Assembly: GCF_006345805.1 (NCBI RefSeq)
Contig: NC_043005.1
Location: forward strand, 101,184,001 to 101,248,000
Reading direction: 5' to 3'
DNA length: 64,000 nucleotides
Origin: Octopus sinensis
Taxonomy: Eukaryota
The position numbers were made by a program, and so were the translations under genes. Below the pieces are notes generated by a model. It was not told the DNA's origin. It saw nothing but the letters and a program-made list of their open reading frames with translations, and searched no databases. Below, in pieces: positions 49,540 to 60,628 of this stretch. The first letter of the stretch is position 1. The number at the start of each line of letters is the position of its first letter.

Positions 49540-49930
49540 TCACTCCCAAGACTTTGATTGATCGCAAATTATGACAGATGTCACTTATCCTCCATGCTGC
49601 ACAATCTTGGCTATTTGTACACTCTGAGTGGTCATCAAAGATTGGTGGAAGCTGTAGAATTCTCCAGTAATGTGGATGTTTTTGTGTGTTAGTTTTCTTG
49701 AGGTGTGTAATGTCGGTGTGTTGAAGTTGCCGCATCAGAGTACGTTCTCGTGTCAGCAACGAAAGATGTTTACAAAGTACCTGCTTATGGGAGATGGGTG
49801 AGAGTGTATGATGTGGATGTTGGCAGGGTGGTAGCAGAAAGAGAAGAACATGAAAAGTATGGTGTCATCGGTGTGTGACAGTATGTGGGTCATATTAATG
49901 TGAAGAAGATAACATGGCATGTAATGAAGG
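49540..49930 (-). mobile_element. LINE apurinic endonuclease remnant (CR1/L2-type)
   Basis: Minus strand ...LFMFFSFCYHPAN...ENVL*CGNFNTP...ITGE...TQSVQ matches the APE order YhpP ... iiiGDFN ... t...G ... l.Q.v. Confidence 0.55.
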
Positions 49931-50575
49931 CCTCGGGTGTAATGAAGTGAAATAATTCTAAAACCTTGACATTAGAGAATAAAGGATCTAAATGTAATTT
50001 ATATGCAGCGTTCCCCATTATCAAAGAGAGTCACACTTTGAGTTAATTGCTTTACAGAACCAATAAACAAAATTTGAAGAATCAGGACACTCACACAATA
50101 CTTAATATCATTACCAGCTCCATTACAAGTTTAACATTGGTTTTATTTTATGTTTTAAATTCTAGGGAAGGGTTGGCTATAGATGTTATTTAGCAAGATT
50201 ATTTTAAAAGATGCTCTTAAATGAGCCCATTACAGGTTACTATCAAATTAGGACACATGCACTGATAAAAAGGTAATTTAATATACTTTACTGACAAGTC
50301 ATAAATGGATTAATACCTTACAAATGTTTCTTGTATAGAAGTGAATCTCTATCAATGTTCTGATTTCTTTAGATGAAAAGAACTGTTCGCTTTATTATGT
50401 CACATGTGAAATTGTCAGTGAAGAAACAAAGATCAAAACATCCCATTTGGCTAAATGAGTGGGTATAACATGTAGCCATATAAATACAGATGGCACATGT
50501 AGCCATTACAGAGTAGATGGCACATGTAGCCATTACATGAATGGCTGTATTTTTACTACATGATTTGTTCTTTTA

Positions 50576-50788
50576 TTAATCCCTCAGCATTTGGTAGAAT
50601 ATTTTCTACCCGTTTTATTTTCACACCAGCCAGATCCAGCATTTCACACCTACCCAACAATATGATTCTAATAATAAGCAGTCAATCGTTGACATCTTGA
50701 GGCTCTGAGATAACGCAAGATTAATTCAAACAATGTGAATAAAAAATGCTTTACATTTGGCAGAGTAATCTAAATGCTAAAGGGTTGA
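50576..50788. mobile_element. piggyBac-type MITE family 1
   Basis: ttaatccctcagcattt ... ctaaatgctaaagggttga. Confidence 0.7.
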
Positions 50789-51679
50789 ATTATTATGCCA
50801 GACAGTATGTTGTCACTTCGGAACTTCACACCAACAATATAACAATGCACAGCTTTAAAAGTTCTACAATAAATAAACTGATCTTACTCATTATATACTT
50901 TAGTTAAAGATGGCCTCCTTGCAGTAAAAATGATATTTTTTCTTTCCAGAGGAAATAACCAAAATAAAAAAAAAAAGTCTTCAAAGTACCAAAGTATAAA
51001 CAGCTTAAACTAGAATTCAGTTCTGTAGCATTAAACCATTTTCCATACAACACTTGAAAGCCAGAAGCATCAACAGCGGATATAAAGTTGTATCATAATC
51101 ATTGCCACAGAATATAAGGAAGAATCAATCCAGTAATTATTAAAGAGGTTTAAATTAATTAGAAGGGCTTGAGAAAATACTTCTTTTCTACTTTTTTTGT
51201 CAAGTGACTAATTAAAGTTGAATGTAATAATTCTGGATTAAAATGGTCTTTTCCTAAAAGAGATCACTAGAAGCTGATATTCCAATGAAGGCCAATTAAT
51301 CTGTGGAACAGAAACAATTTTAATTAATGACTTGGTTTCTAAGTGGAAAAGAAATCATTGATTTTTGCAATGATTTGAAAGAAAAAAAGAAAAAAAAGAC
51401 ACTTGAAAGTAGCAAGTTGAGGCAACAAGATGAAACAAAATTTGCCTTTTGTTGTTGTTGAATCTGGATGGAAAAGTACAAGGATAGGAGTTGGGGAAAA
51501 GAGATGAAAAAACTGAAATAAAAGGACAAATTTGGGGCACAGAAAATGTCATTTGGCACAAATTCTCTTTCAGATTCTCTGCATAAAGTTCCACTGTAGC
51601 AGTGTAGTAATCTATAGCAGTGTAATAATGTGTGCAGCGGGATAATGATGTTTATTTTATGTAGCTGTAGGATAAAGTT

Positions 51680-51880
51680 GCATCATCATCACCACCACCA
51701 CCACCACCACCACCATCATCATCAGCAGCTGTTCAAGAATTTGGACCTGGAGATCTCCATTTCCAGCGACTTCGAGGGCCACCTCCCAGTGGTGTTGGGC
51801 GTCAATGAAGAACCCTCGACTATAACAAGATGACCAATGCTTTTTTTCCAAGGTCTGGGGTTTCCTGCCCCTAAGCCCTA
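51680..51880 (-). mobile_element. Probable 3'UTR of another retroelement with a (GAT/GGT)n tail
   Basis: GC-rich unique segment ending (on the minus strand) ttgaacagctgc-tgatgatg..., like RTE tails; no protein homology recognised. Confidence 0.35.
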
Positions 51881-51929
51881 AACCATCACCTAATCACCCT
51901 TACCCGTCTTGTTGCTTAACAACGACCAC

Positions 51930-52200
51930 CATCATCATCATTATCACCAGCAGCAGCATCATTTAACATCTGCTATCCATGCTGGCATGGGCTGTACGGT
52001 TTGACCAGGGCTGGCGAGCTGAAGGGCAGCACCAAGCTCCAGTCTGATTTGGCATCATTTTCTACAGCTGGATGCCCTTCCTAATGCCAACCACTCTGAG
52101 GATGTAATGGGTGCTTTTATGTGCCATCAGCACAGGTGCCATTTGCGTGACACCGGATATCTTCTACATCTGTGATATTACTTAGCTTGATGGGTCTTCA
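51930..52200 (-). mobile_element. RTE 3'UTR fragment
   Basis: catcatttaacatctgctatccatgctggcatggg...ttctacagctggatgcccttcctaatgccaacc. Confidence 0.85.
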
Positions 52201-52349
52201 TATGTATGTAACTGTATAACAATGTTATTTGTAGCAACATAATAATGTTGAATGTAGCAGTATAATAATGCTGTAAGCAACTGCTGTATAATGGTAAAGA
52301 ATTTTGTTTTTGCAAAAATATTCTGGAAAACAGGAACTATGGTGATATC

Positions 52350-52635
52350 ATAATCATCATCATTGTTTAACGTCCGTTTTCCATGCTAGCACGGGTTGGA
52401 CGATTATAACTGAGGGCTGGTGAACCAGATGGCTGCACCAGGCTCCAGTCTTGATCTGGTAAAGTTTCTACAGCTGGATGTCCTTCCTAACGCCAACCAC
52501 TCCGAGAGTGTAGTGGGTGCTTTTTACGTGCCACCAGCACAGGTGCCAGGGGAAGATAGCAGTGGCCATGATCGGTTGGTGCTTTTTACATGCCACCAGC
52601 ACAGAAGCCAGTCAAGGCGGCGCTGGCATCATGGA
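52350..52635 (-). mobile_element. RTE 3'UTR fragment
   Basis: catcatcattgtttaacgtccgttttccatgctagc...gctttttacgtgccaccagcac. Confidence 0.9.
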
Positions 52636-52659
52636 AAAACTTTGATGATTATGTGTTGC

Positions 52660-52838
52660 ACTAACTCATTGGGCTAACTGTGTATTGGGCTATGTGAAAC
52701 TAACTTACTGGACCAACTACATGTTGGCTAACTTGTTGAGCTAACTTACTGAGCTAATTTACTGGGCAAACTTGCTTGGCTAACCATATTCTGAGTTAAT
52801 TTACTGGGCTACAGATTGTGTTAACTGTATTCAGAGCT
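52660..52838. repeat. Degenerate ~14-bp minisatellite (GCTAACTTACTGGG), resuming after 53368
   Basis: ctaacttactgg / ctaacttgttga / ctaacttactga / ctaatttactgg units; ctaacttactt again at about 53412. Confidence 0.7.
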
Positions 52839-52915
52839 GTTCTATATTTAAGAGATGAAGATTTATGTACATTATTTACATTCGATGGATATTTGTCCTC
52901 ATCTTGTTTATTGTT

Positions 52916-52961
52916 AACACAACGTTTTGGCTGATATACCCGCCAACTTTTTTCAGGTATC
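52916..52961 (-). ncRNA. Minimal type I hammerhead motif, left arm (core mutated)
   Basis: Minus strand GATAC CTGAAAA aagttggcgggtatatcagcc AAAA CGTT GTGTT; G8 and G12 have changed to A. Confidence 0.55.
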
Positions 52962-53278
52962 TTGGGGAAATTTCGAACCTGGGTTCTCATTCCTAAGGTA
53001 TTTTTCATTATTATTATTATATTATTATTATTATTGTTCAGGTCACTGCTTTGCTTGGAACTGAACTCGGAATCTTGGGGTTAGTAGCATGCGCTCTTAA
53101 CCACTACACCATATGCCCATGGGCATATGGCAGAGTGGTTAAGAGCGCAGGCTACTAACCCCAAGATTCCGAGTTCAGTTCCAGGCGGTGACTTGAATAA
53201 TGATAATAATAATAATAATAATAACAACAACATCAAAAAATACCTTAGGAATGAGAAGCCAGGTTCGAATTTTCCCAA

Positions 53279-53324
53279 GGCACCTGAAGAAGGCTGGAGG
53301 GTATATCAGCTGAAACATTGTGTT
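53279..53324 (+). ncRNA. Minimal type I hammerhead motif, right arm
   Basis: GGCAC CTGAAGA a GGCTG gagggtatat CAGCT GAAA CATT GTGTT. Intact CUGANGA and GAAA cores, 5-bp stem II, and stem I GGCAC/GTGTT; stem III carries a G>A change relative to the left arm's AACGTT palindrome. Confidence 0.65.
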
Positions 53325-53999
53325 AACAACAAACAAGATGAGAACAAATATCTGTCAAATGTAAATACTGTATATTCAGAGCTCTCTTATTGTGTTGGGC
53401 TGTGTGTAGAGCTAACTTACTTCACAATGTGTCTGTCAAACTCAGGGCTGATCTAAAATTTGGAATATCTTTCAGTTTCATTCATTACAACTACATCATA
53501 CTCAATGTCAGAACTGGATTTCATAGTAAATATGCATTTACATATTGAATTAGATGCTTATCAGAATAAAATTTAATTTTTCTAACATAAATATATAAAC
53601 AGAAATTAAAGAATTATTAAATCATTTATCAGTGATATGACACCTGCTGCAATCATTGTGATATGGTAAACTTAAGTAAGTGCGTTAGTTTGCTTACTTT
53701 GGTCTAGATAATATACTATGTAATAATTAATAGCTGAGTGGCTTGTGTTAGAAAACTAAATGATCAAACATTTGCTTGTTTAGCCAACAGATATGGAAAA
53801 ATATGGTCTGTTCAAACAGGTGGCCATGATTTTAGCTGATAGTACTTTTATGCTAGAAGATATAATCTTTAAGCAAATACAGCCATCACAAATGTAATAG
53901 ATACATCTAGAACAATCCAACAAAAGAGAAACTAGAAATTTCAACCAGGTCTTCTAATAAACTCTGTTATGAGCTGGTAGACATAACCTGTTACCAGGC

Positions 54000-54229
54000 T
54001 TAACCCTTTCATTACTGTATTTATTTTGAGATGCTCTGTATTTCTTTCAATTACTTTAAAATATAACAAAGAATTTAGTAAAATAACTTAGTTATTATTC
54101 AGCTAGTGTTAGGAGCATAAATTGTGACCAAGGTTTGGTGGGAGATTTTAATTCAAAACTTATGAAAACAAGACATTTGTACTAAAGAGCCAGAGCCGGA
54201 TTCAGCCGGGTTGGTAACAAAAGGGTTAA
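54000..54229. mobile_element. piggyBac-type MITE family 2 with intact TTAA TSDs
   Basis: TTAA-CCCTTTCATTAC ... GTAACAAAAGGG-TTAA. Confidence 0.85.
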
Positions 54230-54565
54230 CAACAACCTGACCCTTACATATCTTTAATAATTCCCTCTGTTGTGAGCATTCTGTCGAGACACCTGGACTG
54301 AAGGATTGGAACTGAATCCCTTTCTCTCACCAATCACAAAGACCCTAAAATAAGGTACACAAGAACTGCTTTTCTTCCTATAGTTAAGTAATTAAGAAAT
54401 TTAAAAGCAAAATTATAAAAGGTGCTTTGGTAGTATCGTCCTGTATACTCCTGTAAAGGTGGTTGCAATGCACTCGGTCATAGGTGTGTTACTCAAAGCA
54501 GACCAGGGACTAAATAACAAAAACGAGACATTCCAATTCTAGGTTCAAACTATGAAAGACTAACT

Positions 54566-54984
54566 GGATCTTTTCGCTTTGAACGGCAGTTTTTTCTAGC
54601 GGCGTCATATGAAATTGTCACCCATAATTATGACCCTAATATCGATCTATTGCATTTCAATCTGTTTTAGGGTTAGGGTTAGGGGTGGGGGGAAGGGTAT
54701 ATTTTTTCTTCAGAAATGTAAATAAACCCAATCTGTTTCTTAAATGAGGGACATATTCATATGGTACAGAATGTTTTTCACCTCAATAGGCGTCATTGAT
54801 TGGTTGAAATTGCAGAAATTGAAGAAAAAAAACAAAACAAATATCTTACAAACTATAGAATTTTCTCAATAAAGCCAAGAGAAAAAGATGTTTTATAAAC
54901 ACATTCTACCAATATACGAAGTTTAAAAGTGTTTAGCTACATGGAAATTATTTTTAAAAACTACCGTTCAAACCGAAAAGATCC
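54566..54984 (-). mobile_element. Merlin-like MITE, copy 3
   Basis: Same TIRs; TSD GACTAACT / CACTAACT (7 of 8); internal TTAGGGTTAGGGTTAGGGG. Confidence 0.9.
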
Positions 54985-56872
54985 CACTAACTTAACATTC
55001 TGAAATTACAAATCTCAAATGAAATAGGGTCCCTTAGCATACAGGGATAATTTCAAACTGTAGACTTCACTGTTTATTTTGTAGAACATTGTAAATTATT
55101 CAGTAGGTGCCACATGTCCATGTTGTTTGTTTGTTTGTTTTAATAAAGGAAACCTAAACCATATTAATCATCTAAGATCAATGACAAAAGACGAGTACAC
55201 ACCTAGGTATAATTAAATTGGATATGAAAGACTAGAGGACCTATAAATATAATAGCAAAGGGTTATGAAGAAGTGTTATTATATAATTAATCAAAAGAAT
55301 AGTCAAATAAATGGGAAGGTGAGTAGAGTTACACCTGAAAATGATATTGTCCAGACAATTTATGTGATTCTGTGGAAACTTTGCCTCCAAATATCAGTTT
55401 GGTTATTCTCATAACTTGTTACATTCTTACTGTTGTAAACATAAGAAATAAAATAAATACATTCTTTTGTTTTTATTTATGTTTCTTTTTTATTTTCAGT
55501 GTTCACTGCAAAAGTTATAATAATGTTAGAAAGAACATTTTGTTAGCAACAACAAAAATCATTCCAGTGCAATATGACGGCTAAATTCCAAGCAATATAA
55601 TGCAATATTGATTTTAAGGTCAGAAAGAAGGGGTCTGTTTCAGATTCGATATTAGTAGCTTCATTGTTAGCAGCAACAATTCCAACAAAACTGAGGTACC
55701 ACTCTTGTGTGTGCTATATCTAGGTTGATCAGGGAAACAAGTAGAATTTCGATGAATGTTAAACAGCATGTCACTTAATAACTTGCTAAAATGTAATGTT
55801 CATTTCTATAAGCGAACTGAAATTTTGCTGGGTTTTTTGGGTTTTTTTTTCGTTCCTATTCAGAATTAATCATAAATAGATATGCTCATATGAGCATAAA
55901 TATATTTGCAGATATTTATCTCTTTTATAGAAACACACGCACGTGCAAAACCTGAAGTGCTCAATTGAAACACACACACACACATATATCTGCATATTAC
56001 AATGTACATACAAGCATTTATACATTCACAGACTGCTATACAAGCACAGATACGTGTATGAACGTTCACAAAAGCGTGTGTGTGTACATAGAGAGAGAGA
56101 GAGAGACTTATAATGCATTACGCATTTTCTTTTGAAGACGCATAAAAGGCAAAGCAATTTCCCTCCTGCAATTGGCATCCAAATTATTTTTAGAAATATT
56201 GATACTGGAAGAAAGGAAATAAAAGACTACATGCTAAAGAAGTCTGTGACTAAAAATAATTTCAAATTGTAAATAAGTATTATTAGAGTCAGCTTGTGGT
56301 AAATAAGGGAATCTTAAAGGATCCTTAGTGATGCACAAAGTATAATTTGTTCCATTTGCTTCAAAACTTTAACTTAGCTATCTAATTAAGAAAACAAAAA
56401 TAAAGAATCAATATACAACAAATATCAATAAATTATGGCAAATGTATATTCCACAATGAGTTTATTTATAATTTTCTTTGACTTATTTGCATGATATAAG
56501 ATGATTAACTTGTTATTGCAGACAACCATTACTCCAAAATAACAAATTCTGTTATCACATTATCATTAGTTATCCAAAAGTGTTTCAATAAAAATGAACT
56601 TTTATATAAGAGACAAAAATAATATGGTGGAGAGGTCTTCAAAGGGGGAGCTAATGATTTCTCATTACAGAAGATCCAATATATGAACATAGGTAATTTT
56701 CTTACTGAATTATTCATATAAGTACATACATAATTATGGCAATCGATAATCTACATAAAAGTACATATGTGATGGTTCTGTTAATGAATACCTTATAGAG
56801 GTGCATGCATAATTCCATTAATGAATTGTCATACATATATGTGTATGCATGTGTGTGTATGCATGTGCATAT

Positions 56873-56904
<32 letters not shown>

Positions 56905-57242
56905 GAGTGTGTGTGTGTGTGTGCGCGCATGTAGGTATGGATTTATGCATGCAGGTATATATGGATGTATATATGTATGTATGTATGTGATTGTCTGTAC
57001 ACACACACATATATTACACATAAATACATACATATATATATATCTACAGCTCTCTCTATATATATCATTTTGCTAAATTAGTGACATATCTAAATCGATA
57101 GATATGTTAACGAATTCACGACATCGTTATCATACACTGACATCATCATTTCATTTAATGTCGGTTTTATTTTTTGTCCATGCTTTCTATCAGGTAAGAA
57201 AATGTGCTAAATCATATCTGTTATTAGAATCACAGCAGAGGA

Positions 57243-57552
57243 CGTGTGTGTGTGTGTATTTGTGTATTTGTGTGTGTGCAGGTGCGTGTGTGTGTGTGTG
57301 TGTATCTGTGTGGGTATTTGTGTGTGTGTGCGTGTGGGTGTGTATTTATGTGTGTGTGTGTATCTGTGTGGTTGTGTATTTGTGTGTGTGCATGTACATG
57401 TGTGTTTGTATGTGTGCATGTGTGTATTTGTGTGTATGTGTGTGTGCAGGTGCATGTGTGTGTATCTGTGTGGGTATTTTTGTGTGTGTGCATGTGGGCC
57501 TGTGTATCTGTGTGGGTGTGTATTTGTGAGTGTGTGCATGTACATATGTGTT

Positions 57553-57585
<33 letters not shown>

Positions 57586-57610
57586 CTGTGTGTGTGCGTA
57601 TGTGCATGCC
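57243..57610. repeat. (GT)n-rich complex microsatellite
   Basis: Directly visible; source of the VC/HT ORFs. Confidence 0.9.
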
Positions 57611-58040
57611 TGCATCTGCACACAACTCATACAATTTGAACCTACGTCTTACAACGACCCACCCGCTTTCCCCAAAGCCAAAAGTGTAGAGACAAAGGCA
57701 TAAAGCCTTTACTTCATTTTACGAATAAAGCTTCGTCTGTCGCTCACCAAAAGAGCAAAACAACACTGGATCACAAAACAGTAAAACTTTATGAACTGCA
57801 AATGTAAAAATGAAATAACGGTTTTATTCCTTCGGCTCTTGGCACAAAACCAACTTCATAATGGTAGCTGGTACAACCATATTTATACTTATTTTCTAAA
57901 CGTTTGCCTATCAGGATGAAAAGCAACATTGATTCCAACATAATTCGAATTCAGCTCATTGAATAGTCACTCTAAACTCAGATCCTAAATCTTGTTACCA
58001 GCAGCGGTAAAACAGACGTTGTGCATTTGGAAATTCTCTT

Positions 58041-58322
58041 TTAACCTTTCAGCATTGAGATTATTCTGTCAAAGGTAATGCTTATTTATTCCCTTTTTTT
58101 AACTAGCAATAACCATACCTTGAATAAACCTCACTGGCTGTTTATTCACATTTTTTAATCAATCATTCATTATGTTGTAGCTCCAAAGTTTCAATGCTAT
58201 AATTGTTTATTTTCAGAATGAAATTAGTAGGGTAGGTGTAAGAGGCTAAATCTGGATGGCTGAACATAAAAAAAGGTAGAATATTTAAGCTGGATATTGC
58301 CAGTTTAAATGCTAAACAGTTG
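58041..58322. mobile_element. piggyBac-type MITE family 1 (inverted)
   Basis: ttaacctttcagcattgagattattctgtcaaa ... tttaaatgctaaacagtt. Confidence 0.65.
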
Positions 58323-58424
58323 TAGTTTGAGCTAGTTTTTAGATTTTCTTTTTCTACTAGGTTCTCATTGCTGAATTTGCAAATGGTCATTTGTGATACA
58401 AGTAGTTTCTTAATACCTATCTTG

Positions 58425-58830
58425 ACATATGCTTAGCGGCATTTCATCTGAGTTCAAATTCCGCCAAGGTCAACTTTATTTTTCATTCTTTTGGGATCAA
58501 TAAATTAAGTGCCATTTGCACACTGGGGTTGATCTAATCGACTGGCATCCTCCCCCAAAATTTCGGGCCTTGCACCAAAAGTAGAAAAGAATATCTATCT
58601 GACATAAGCTGGCAGAATTGTTAGCACACTGGAAAAAATGCCTGGTAGCATTCCATCCATGTCCATCCATGTTTACATTCAGAGTTCAAATCCCACTGAG
58701 GTTGACATTGCTTTTCATTCTTCTGGGGTTGATCAGTGGAATCAATTGAACACTGGGGAGTCAAAGTAATTGACTTATCCCACGCCTCAGAAATTGCTGG
58801 AATTCTGCCAAAATTTGAAACCTTTGAAAC
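58425..58830 (+). mobile_element. Two SINE-B/E-type copies in tandem
   Basis: gagttcaaattccgccaagg at about 58450 and aagctggcagaattgttagc...cagagttcaaatcccactgagg at about 58607. Confidence 0.8.
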
Positions 58831-58864
58831 CAGTATCTATTTGATATGATGTCACTGATATAAG

Positions 58865-59745
58865 CAATCATCATCATCATCGTTTAGCATCCACTTTCTA
58901 TGCTGGCATGGGTTGGACCGTTTGACTGAGGACTGGTGAGCCAGATGGCTGCACCAGGCTCTAATCTGATCTGACAGAGTTTCTACAGCTGGATGCCCTT
59001 CTTAATGCCAACCACTCTGAGAGTATACCAGTGGCACTGGTGACAATCTTGCTTGAATGTTGTTTTTCACATGCCACTGGCACAAGTGCCAGTAAGGTGA
59101 CGCTGGTAACGGTCATGCTCGAATGGTGCATTTTACATGCCACTGGCATGGGAGCCAGTCAGCGGCCCTGGCAATGATCAAGCTTGGAGGGTGCTCTTAG
59201 TGCTCCACTGGCACAGATGCCATTCATGCAGTGCTGTCATCGAATTTGATTTCGATTTCAATTTTGATTTCACTTGCTTCAACAGGTCTTCGCAAGCAGA
59301 GTTTAGTGTCCAATGAAGGAAAGGTATGCATAAGTGGGCCGGTTATACCACTGGCATAGGACACAGGCTATAGTATCATTTGGCTTGCCGGGTCTTCTCA
59401 AGCACAGCATATTTCCAAAGGTCTCGCTCACTAGTCATTGCTTCGGTAAGGCCTAATGTTCGAAGGTCATGCTTCACCTCCTCATCCCAGGTCTTCATGG
59501 GTCTATCTCTTCCACAGGTTCCCTCAACCGCTAGGGTGTGGCACTTTTTCACACAGCTATCCTCATCCATTCTTACTACATGACCAACCATTGCAGTTAT
59601 CTCTCTTGCACACCACATCTGATGCTTCTTAGGTCCAACTTTTCTCTCAAAATACTTACACTCTGTCGAGTATGCACATTGACATTACACATTCAGTGGA
59701 GCATACTGGCTTCATTCCTTGCATGCTTATGCATGTCCTCAGCAA
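58865..59745 (-). mobile_element. RTE LINE 3' ~880 bp
   Basis: ORF 59376..59618: GHVVRMDEDSCVKKCHTLAVEGTCGRDRPMKTWDEEVKHDLRTLGLTEAMTSERDLWKY. Confidence 0.92.
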
Positions 59746-60360
59746 TAAATTTGATAACTATATTACAAGAATTAAATGCATCTAATTAAAAATAAACAAC
59801 AGCTTACACAATTCTTCATGCTGCCTACAAGAAAAACAATTGTCTCAACAGTAATCACCTCTGATAAATGTCATATTACACTATCATACAATTAGCATGA
59901 AAATTAAACAATAGGTCACTGCTATTAATTACTCATTTAACCTCGAAGGAATTTCTCTAATTTCTAATGAGCATCAACCCGAAAGTCTCTTGGTCTTTTG
60001 ATGAAATAGAACCAACAACATCCACGAGAAAAAAATCCTTAAAGATTAACATCTCTGACAAAGAAAACAATGAAATCTACTTTAGAGAACCAATGACTTT
60101 ACAGAACCAGTGTTTACGCTTCGTAATTCTTAATTTATTGTATCCCTGAAGACAACTTTTTTTTTTTTTGTAGATTGCATAGAAATATCCAGATTAAAGA
60201 CCATTTTAATATATAACTATTGCTTGCATGCCTAAAGAAAACTGAACAATGACTAATGGAGTTTGAAATTTCAATCACAAATATTATGGCTGCAAAGTGC
60301 AGAAATAACTGGTGTGGTGACCTATCATCAAATGTTCTCCAAAGACATTTTAACATCTCT

Positions 60361-60577
60361 TTTATTCTTTTACCTGTTTCAGTCATTTGACTATGGCCAT
60401 GCTGGAGCACCGCCTTTAGTCAAGCAAATTGATATCAGGACTTATTCTTTGCAAGCCTAGTACTTATTCTAACGGTCTCTTTTTGCCGAACTGCTAAGTT
60501 ACGAGGACATAAACACATCAGCATCGGTTGTCAACCAATGTTGGGGGGGGGGGACAAACACAGACACACAAACATAT

Positions 60578-60628
<51 letters not shown>

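Larger units (their letters stand above)
52839..53367. mobile_element. Palindromic head-to-head dimer of a tRNA-derived SINE with hammerhead-bearing tails
   Basis: Symmetry centre at 53119/53120 (CCATATGCCCA|TGGGCATATGG). Arms of about 250 bp each contain: A box TGGCAGAGTGGTTAAG, CTACTAA loop, B box GAGTTCAGTTCC, (AAT)n, a unique linker and a hammerhead. Confidence 0.9.

Noticed and set aside
51690-51833. ORF with poly-His then LFKNLDLEISISSDFEGHLPVVLGVNEEPST
   Set aside because: Poly-His comes from a (CAC/CAT)n tract; the segment looks like a retroelement 3'UTR on the opposite strand; no splice support or homology.
53121-53195. tRNA-like sequence (also the heads of SINE-A, -B, -D and -E)
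   Set aside because: A and B boxes are present, but the acceptor, anticodon and T stems do not pair fully and each head runs into a repeat body; these are SINE heads, not tRNA genes.
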